The notes beneath the pieces were generated by a model, which was not told the DNA's origin, made no database searches, and worked only from the letters and a program-made list of their open reading frames with translations. The translations under genes and the position numbers were made by a program. Below, piece by piece: positions 46,800-52,179 of a DNA stretch of 52,179 bases. This DNA comes from Rhizobacter sp. (GTDB lineage: Bacteria; Pseudomonadota; Gammaproteobacteria; Burkholderiales; Burkholderiaceae_C), in NCBI GenBank assembly GCA_043758495.1, contig JAYVNL010000015.1, forward strand, positions 1-52,179, in the 5' to 3' direction. Each line of letters begins with the position of its first letter. Position 1 is the first letter of the stretch.

Positions 46800-47342
46800 C
46801 TAGTCGCCGGCGACGGCGCTCGCAGGCCGCCGATATGCGCAGCGCGCCGCGCTCGCGGCGAGAAAATGAGCGATGGCGTCGGCGTCGTCGAGGTGAAAGA
46901 CCGGAAGGCCGGTCGGCACCGGCAGCGCCATCTCGCTGTCGGTCGCGATCGCGATCACGTAGGGATCCTCGGGGTACTGCGCGCCCTTGCCGGTGGCGGC
47001 GCGCCAGACCTCGATCTTCGGCAGCGCCACATGCTTGAAGCCCTCGACGATCACCCAGTCGCAGGGCGCCAGTTCAGCGATGAGCTCGTCGGCGCTGGGC
47101 TCCTTCAGGACCGGATATTCGCGCATCTTCGCGAGCCTCCGGTCCGACGCGATCACGACCTCGAAGGCACCGGCCTGGCGATGCCGCCACGAGTCTTTGC
47201 CTTCGTGGTCGATGTCGAAATCGTGGTGGGCGTGCTTGACGATCGACACCCGAAGCCCGTCGAGGCGAAGCCGCGGGATGAGGCGCTCGGCAAGCGTCGT
47301 CTTGCCCGAGCCGGAGTAGCCGCTGAGGCCGATGACGTTCAT
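46800..47342 (-). CDS. mobB: Molybdopterin-guanine dinucleotide biosynthesis protein B
   Basis: GYSGSGKTT, KHAHHDFDID, KDSWRHR, VEGFK. Confidence 0.94.
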   Translation of the reverse strand: MNVIGLSGYSGSGKTTLAERLIPRLRLDGLRVSIVKHAHHDFDIDHEGKDSWRHRQAGAFEVVIASDRRLAKMREYPVLKEPSADELIAELAPCDWVIVEGFKHVALPKIEVWRAATGKGAQYPEDPYVIAIATDSEMALPVPTGLPVFHLDDADAIAHFLAASAARCAYRRPASAVAGD

Positions 47343-47386
47343 GGCTGAAGTTTAGGCGGCGCCCCGGCCGGGTAACCTCGGGCGCC

Positions 47387-48445
47387 ATGGCTCACGACTC
47401 CTCGCCCGACGCATCCCCGCAAGTGGCGGGCAACCCGCGCTGGCTGAGGCCGTCCGACGCCTTTTTCCGCGACCTCCTCGCCCTGCCGCAGCTCGCCCTC
47501 TGCAGCGACTCGTGCGGCGCCGAGCGGGCGTTGCTCGCGGCTCTCGACGAGTCTCCTCGGCGCGCGGTGTCCTTCGCCGACAGCAACGCCATCGTCGACG
47601 ACGACGCCCGCGACAACATCCGGCAGTTCCTCATCTTTCGCGACGCCGTCGTCGCTGCCGGCACGCTCGAGGCGTACTACCTCGCGCTGATGCGCAGCGG
47701 CCGCGTCGCCGTGGCGCCGGTCTTCGTGGATCGCGTCGTCGAGGCGATCATCGGCACCATGCTCGCGGGCGTCGACGACGCCTTCGAGCATCGCGCCGGC
47801 GAGTTGCTCTACCGCAGCCAGCGGGTCACGGTCAGCGAAGGCCGCGTCCTCGCCGCCGACCGCGAGACGGCCGATCGTCTCGCCGACAGCGGCGGCTTCG
47901 GTGACCTCGGCCGCCTCCTGCGCGAAGCCGCCGTGCCGCTGCGCAGCAGCCGCCTGCAGGTCCTCTCGCCCGACAACGCTTCGGCCTACCTGCTGGCCGG
48001 CGCCGATCACGCGTTCCTGCTCGACCTCACGCATGAGGTCTCCAACGACGCCGGCCACGGCCTCGTCTTCAGGATGACGCGCGCCCATTCCGGGCTGCGC
48101 GCGCTCGCACGCGTGCTCGAGCGCTGGATCGAGCGCTTCTTCACCGTGGCCGTCGCCATCCGGCCGCTGCAGCGCATCGACGACGCCGCCTGGTCCTGGC
48201 ACATCGGCCTCGACACCGAAGCGACCGCGCTGCTCAACGACCTCTGGCACGGCGAGGTGATCGAGCCCGAGCGCAACGCGCGCTTCATCGGCCTGTTCCG
48301 CCTCGAGTTCGCGCGCGCCGCCGAGATGCGCGCCGAGCTGGCCGGCAAGCCCGTTTATCTCGGACTCGCGATGACGGCCGAGCAAACCTTGAGGCTGAAG
48401 CCGCAGAACCTGCTGCTCGACCTGCCGCTCGCTGCGCCGATGTAG
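47387..48445 (+). CDS. Conserved hypothetical protein (DUF6352-like)
   Basis: WHIGLD, FRLEF…GKPVYLGLAM…LKPQNLL; lies among Mo/W cofactor genes. Confidence 0.75.
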   Translation: MAHDSSPDASPQVAGNPRWLRPSDAFFRDLLALPQLALCSDSCGAERALLAALDESPRRAVSFADSNAIVDDDARDNIRQFLIFRDAVVAAGTLEAYYLALMRSGRVAVAPVFVDRVVEAIIGTMLAGVDDAFEHRAGELLYRSQRVTVSEGRVLAADRETADRLADSGGFGDLGRLLREAAVPLRSSRLQVLSPDNASAYLLAGADHAFLLDLTHEVSNDAGHGLVFRMTRAHSGLRALARVLERWIERFFTVAVAIRPLQRIDDAAWSWHIGLDTEATALLNDLWHGEVIEPERNARFIGLFRLEFARAAEMRAELAGKPVYLGLAMTAEQTLRLKPQNLLLDLPLAAPM

Positions 48446-48461
48446 CGCTGTCGCAGCTCGG

Positions 48462-49301
48462 TCAGCGCACTGCGTTCGGGAAGAACACCGTCTCGCCGCC
48501 GATCCGGTAGCTCGCGATCGCCGCCTGCCCGGCCGGTAACAGCACCCAGTCGGCGAAGGCCTGCGCCAGCGCTGCCTTCACATGCGGGTGCCGCGCCGGA
48601 TCGACCACGATCACGCCGTACTGGTTGCGCAGCCGGGCATCGCCTTCGACGAGCACGGCCAGGTCGCCGCGATTTCGAAACGCGAGCCAGGTGCCTCGGT
48701 CAGCGAGCACGTAAGCGCTGATCGATGAGGCGATGTTGAGCGCCGGCCCCATGCCGCATCCGCATTCGCGGTAGGCCGCCACGCTGCCGGCCGGGGTGCC
48801 GACGCCGGCGAGCTGCCAGTAGCGCAGTTCGGCGGCGTGGGTGCCGCTGCGATCGCCGCGCGATATGAAAGGCGTCGCCGACGTCGCCAGCTTGCCAAGC
48901 CCGACAGCGATGTCGCTGCCCTTGGCTCCCGCAGGATCGGCCTTCGGCCCGATCAGCACGAAGTCGTTGTACATGACGTCGCTGCGCTTCTTGCTCCAGC
49001 CCTCGGCGACGAGCTTGTCTTCGCCGACGCGGTCGTGCACGAAGAGCACATCGGCGTCGCCCCGCCGGCCCATGTCGAGCGCCTGGCCGGTGCCGACGGC
49101 GACGACCCGCACCGTGATGCCGGTTGCTGCAGTGAACACCGGCAGGAGATGCGCGAACAGGCCCGATTGCTCGGTGCTCGTGGTCGACGCCATCGTGATG
49201 AAGCGGTCCTGCGCCAGCGCCGGACCCGCGATCACGCAAGTGACGAGGACGAGCGCGGCTGCAGCCGCGGCGCGCCAGCCGCGCGTCAATCGATGGACCA
49301 T
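48462..49301 (-). CDS. tupA: Tungstate ABC binding protein
   Basis: STTSTEQSGL, VGTGQAL, MYNDFVLIGP, SRGDRSGTH. Confidence 0.9.
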   Translation of the reverse strand: MVHRLTRGWRAAAAAALVLVTCVIAGPALAQDRFITMASTTSTEQSGLFAHLLPVFTAATGITVRVVAVGTGQALDMGRRGDADVLFVHDRVGEDKLVAEGWSKKRSDVMYNDFVLIGPKADPAGAKGSDIAVGLGKLATSATPFISRGDRSGTHAAELRYWQLAGVGTPAGSVAAYRECGCGMGPALNIASSISAYVLADRGTWLAFRNRGDLAVLVEGDARLRNQYGVIVVDPARHPHVKAALAQAFADWVLLPAGQAAIASYRIGGETVFFPNAVR

Positions 49302-50002
49302 GAGAGCTCGCCTTTCAGGAAGCTGTCGGCACGGCCGGGGCGTTCGACGTCGAAGAATTCCGCCACCGGCAGGTCGGCTTCGACACGACCTTCGGCCATG
49401 AAGATTACCCGCGTCGCCAGCCGCTTGGCCTGGCCGAGATTGTGGGTGCTGAGAACGAGCGTCATGCCTTCGCCGGCAAAGGCGGCGAGCACGGCTTCGA
49501 CCTCCTTCTTGGCGGCGGGGTCGAGGTTCGCGGTTGGCTCGTCGAGGAACAGGATCTTCGGTCGCAGCGCCCAGGCGCGAGCGAGCGCGAGGCGCTGCTG
49601 CTCGCCACCCGACAAGGTCAGCGCCGGACGCCGGGCAAGCGCGGTCAGGCCGACGCGTCGCAAGGCCTCGCGAGCGCGCTCGTCGCACTCGGCCGCGGCG
49701 AACCGCCGATCGCCGAGCCACAACGCGATTCGCAGGTTGGCGAGCACCGTGAGGCGAAGCAGAAACGGGCGCTGAAAGACCATCGCCTGTCGGCATCCCG
49801 GGCGCTGGTTTCGCAAGCCTTCGTACGCCACGACGCCGTGCAGGAGCCGCAGCAGGCTGGTCTTGCCCGAGCCGTTGGCGCCGACCACCGCGATCACCTC
49901 GCCAGCGCCGACTGCGAGCGTCACCGCCTCGACCGCGCACTCGGCGCCGAAGCGCACGGATGCGGCGCGCAGCGCGACGAGCGGCATGTCGTTCGAAGTC
50001 AT
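49286..50002 (-). CDS. tupC: Tungstate ABC ATPase
   Basis: GANGSGKT, LSGGEQQR, LDEPTANLD. Confidence 0.88.
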   Translation of the reverse strand: MTSNDMPLVALRAASVRFGAECAVEAVTLAVGAGEVIAVVGANGSGKTSLLRLLHGVVAYEGLRNQRPGCRQAMVFQRPFLLRLTVLANLRIALWLGDRRFAAAECDERAREALRRVGLTALARRPALTLSGGEQQRLALARAWALRPKILFLDEPTANLDPAAKKEVEAVLAAFAGEGMTLVLSTHNLGQAKRLATRVIFMAEGRVEADLPVAEFFDVERPGRADSFLKGELSWSID

Positions 50003-50712
50003 GCCGGCTGCACCCGCGTCATCGCAGCGGCCCCCGGCAGCAGCGCCACGACGACGTTGATCGCTGCCACCACCGCCAGCAGCACGAGGCCGAGCGCGAG
50101 GGCGAGCGGCAGGTCGCCCTTGCTGGTCTCGAGCGCGATCGTCGTCGTCATCACGCGGGTGATGCCGGCGATGTTGCCGCCGACGATCATCACCGCGCCG
50201 ACCTCGGCGATGGCCCGGCCGAAAGCGACCAGCAGCAGGGTCACCACCGCCCACCGCTCGTGCAGCAACATCAGCAGGGCGGACAGCGTCGGCCCGGCGC
50301 CGAGCGAGCGAAGCTGGTCGCCGCCGTCGCGCAGGGCACCGGCCACGAGCTGCTGCGCCAGCGCCGCGACCACCGGCAAGACCAGGATCGTCTGCGCGAT
50401 CACCATGGCGGTCGGCGTGAACAGGATGCCCCACGACCCGAGCGGGCCGCTGCGCGACAGCATGAGATAGACGACGAGTCCGACCACGACCGAGGGCAGC
50501 GCCAACAGCGTGTCGAGCAGCAGCAGCACGACCGCGCGGCCGCGGAAGCGCGCCGCCGCCAGCCAGGCGCCGCCGAGGAGGCCGAGCCCGGCCGCCGCGA
50601 GGCAGGCGCTGCCGCTGACCGCGAACGACAGCGCCACGGTGTGAAGCAACACCGGATCGGCAGCGGCAATGAGCGCGAATGCCGTCGCCGCGCTATCGGC
50701 GAGGGCACTCAT
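49999..50712 (-). CDS. tupB: Tungstate ABC permease
   Basis: [17 protein letters not shown]; [18 protein letters not shown]. Confidence 0.9.
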   Translation of the reverse strand: MSALADSAATAFALIAAADPVLLHTVALSFAVSGSACLAAAGLGLLGGAWLAAARFRGRAVVLLLLDTLLALPSVVVGLVVYLMLSRSGPLGSWGILFTPTAMVIAQTILVLPVVAALAQQLVAGALRDGGDQLRSLGAGPTLSALLMLLHERWAVVTLLLVAFGRAIAEVGAVMIVGGNIAGITRVMTTTIALETSKGDLPLALALGLVLLAVVAAINVVVALLPGAAAMTRVQPA

Positions 50713-50822
50713 GGCAGCCAGGATTTCATCGAGGCCGCATTCTCGGCGACGCTGCCGCCGCGTCCGCGGCCGCGACCGGGCGCGCACGAACCTACACTGC
50801 TGCGAATGAGAAACAGAGCGCC

Positions 50823-51434
50823 ATGATCGAAGCGAGCGACATCACCGGCCTGATCCTGGCCGGTGGCCGCGGCAGCCGGATGGGCGGCGTCGACAAGGGG
50901 CTGCAGACCCACCTCGGCATGCCGATGGCACTGCATGCCGTGCTGCGGCTCGGGCCGCAGGTCGGCGCGATGATGATCAATGCCAACCGCAACCTCGCCG
51001 CCTACGAGTCGATGGGCGTGCCGGTGTGGCCCGACGCCCTGCCCGACTACCCCGGCCCGCTCGCCGGCTTCCTGGCCGGCCTCGAGCGCTGCGAGACGCC
51101 GTATCTCGTGACCGTGCCCTGCGATTCGCCGCTCTTTCCCGCAGATCTCGTCCGCCGCCTGGCCGATGCGCTCGAGGCGGGCGGCGCCGAGATTGCCATG
51201 GCGGCGACGCCCGAGCAAGGCGAGCTGCGTGCACAGCCTGTGTTCGCGCTGATGCGCTGCGAGGTCGTCGAGAGCCTGCTGCGCTTCACGCTGTCGGGCC
51301 AGCGCAAGATCGACGCCTGGACCGCGACCCGCCGCACCGTGCTCGTGCCCTTCGACGATGTCGAGGCCTTCGCCAACGCCAACACGCTGGCCGAGCTGCA
51401 GCAGTTGCAGCGACCGCCGCAGCCGACATCGTGA
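50823..51434 (+). CDS. mobA: Molybdenum cofactor guanylyltransferase
   Basis: [17 protein letters not shown]; GPLAG; VPCDSP; FANANT. Confidence 0.94.
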   Translation: MIEASDITGLILAGGRGSRMGGVDKGLQTHLGMPMALHAVLRLGPQVGAMMINANRNLAAYESMGVPVWPDALPDYPGPLAGFLAGLERCETPYLVTVPCDSPLFPADLVRRLADALEAGGAEIAMAATPEQGELRAQPVFALMRCEVVESLLRFTLSGQRKIDAWTATRRTVLVPFDDVEAFANANTLAELQQLQRPPQPTS

Positions 51435-52179
51435 ACAGCGGCGAGACCGCGCTTTCGCTGCAGGAGATCGCATCCTGTGTTGCCGGCTACGACCCGAAGT
51501 CGTTGCCGGTGGCACAGGCGCAGGAATTCATCGCCCGCCTCGTGCCGCGCGTGCAGGCGGTCGAGATGCTCGCGCTGCGCGCCGGTCTCGGCCGCGTCCT
51601 GGCCAGGGACGTCGTCGCCACCAGCAACGTGCCCGGCGACGACAACTCGGCGATGGACGGCTATGCGCTGCGCGGCGCCGAGCTGCAGGTCGATCGCGGG
51701 AGTGCATTCGCGATCGCCGGTGCCGGCTTCGCCGGGCAGCGCTTCACGGGTACGGTCGCGGGCGGCGAATGCGTCCGCATCATGACCGGCGCGGTGATGC
51801 CGGAAGGGCTGGACACCGTCGTCCCGCAGGAGCTGGTCACGCTCGCCGGCGGTGTCGTGCACGTGCCGGCCGGCGTGGTCCGCTGCGGCGACAACCGGCG
51901 GCTGGCCGGCGAGGACCTCGCCAGCGGCTGCACCGTGCTCGCCGCCGGCCGCGTGCTCGGACCGGCCGACTTCGGCCTGCTGGCGTCGCTCGGCCACGCC
52001 GAGGTACCGGTCTTCCGTCGCCTGCGCGTCGCCTTTTTCTCCACCGGCAACGAGCTCCGCTCGGTCGGCGAACCGCTGCTGCCCGGCGCCGTCTACGACA
52101 GCAACCGCTACACGCTCTGGGCGATGCTGCAGCGACTCGGCGTCGACACGCTCGACCTCGGCGTCGTCGGCGACGATCC
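51431..52179 (+). CDS. moeA: Molybdopterin molybdotransferase (runs off window end)
   Basis: Manual translation from GTG 51431: LGRVLA…NSAMDGYA…RIMTGA…FSTGNEL…YDSNR. Confidence 0.93.
   Translation, partial: MNSGETALSLQEIASCVAGYDPKSLPVAQAQEFIARLVPRVQAVEMLALRAGLGRVLARDVVATSNVPGDDNSAMDGYALRGAELQVDRGSAFAIAGAGFAGQRFTGTVAGGECVRIMTGAVMPEGLDTVVPQELVTLAGGVVHVPAGVVRCGDNRRLAGEDLASGCTVLAAGRVLGPADFGLLASLGHAEVPVFRRLRVAFFSTGNELRSVGEPLLPGAVYDSNRYTLWAMLQRLGVDTLDLGVVGDD

Noticed and set aside
1-52179. CRISPR arrays, tRNA/rRNA, riboswitches, prophage or integrase genes
   Set aside because: None recognised by eye; an Infernal/tRNAscan run would be needed to exclude small RNAs.

Overview
High-GC betaproteobacterial DNA; gene content and the intergenic repeat suggest Burkholderiales (Rubrivivax/Piscinibacter/Methylibium-like), which is an inference. 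All family assignments are from recalled motifs; no database search was run. Blocks: (1) 1-4.9 kb, an uncharacterised co-oriented cluster: class III nucleotidyl-cyclase protein (cut by the window edge), membrane cNMP-binding protein without HTH, 872-aa Asp-box propeller protein, tandem OB/TIMP-like protein and a small membrane protein. (2) 5-20.5 kb, flagellar flgA-L/flgM/flgN-like region. The operon is split between flgF and flgG by an opposite-strand AI-2E transporter, and flgG has its own copy of the flgB promoter architecture. (3) 20.5-24.1 kb, GNAT, dinB with a LexA box, and an lldD-like oxidase. (4) 24.1-26.8 kb, IS630 mini-element, IS5 remnant, VIT1 and DUF3096. (5) 26.8-44.6 kb, a sigma54-type nitrogen-scavenging region: two amidases (one with an AtzG-like partner), nitrilase-family enzyme, DUF1028, Urt/Liv-type ABC, XRE-cupin regulator, metal amidohydrolase, DUF3830, dihydropyrimidinase, and an intact cyanuric acid hydrolase (AtzD family). 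The hydrolase's ABC transporter and GntR regulator are decayed, including a 63-bp in-place inversion of the Walker B segment. (6) 44.6-52.2 kb, ypfJ, dcd, DUF962 and a Mo/W cofactor cluster (mobB, tupABC, mobA, partial moeA). No rRNA, tRNA or CRISPR array was seen.
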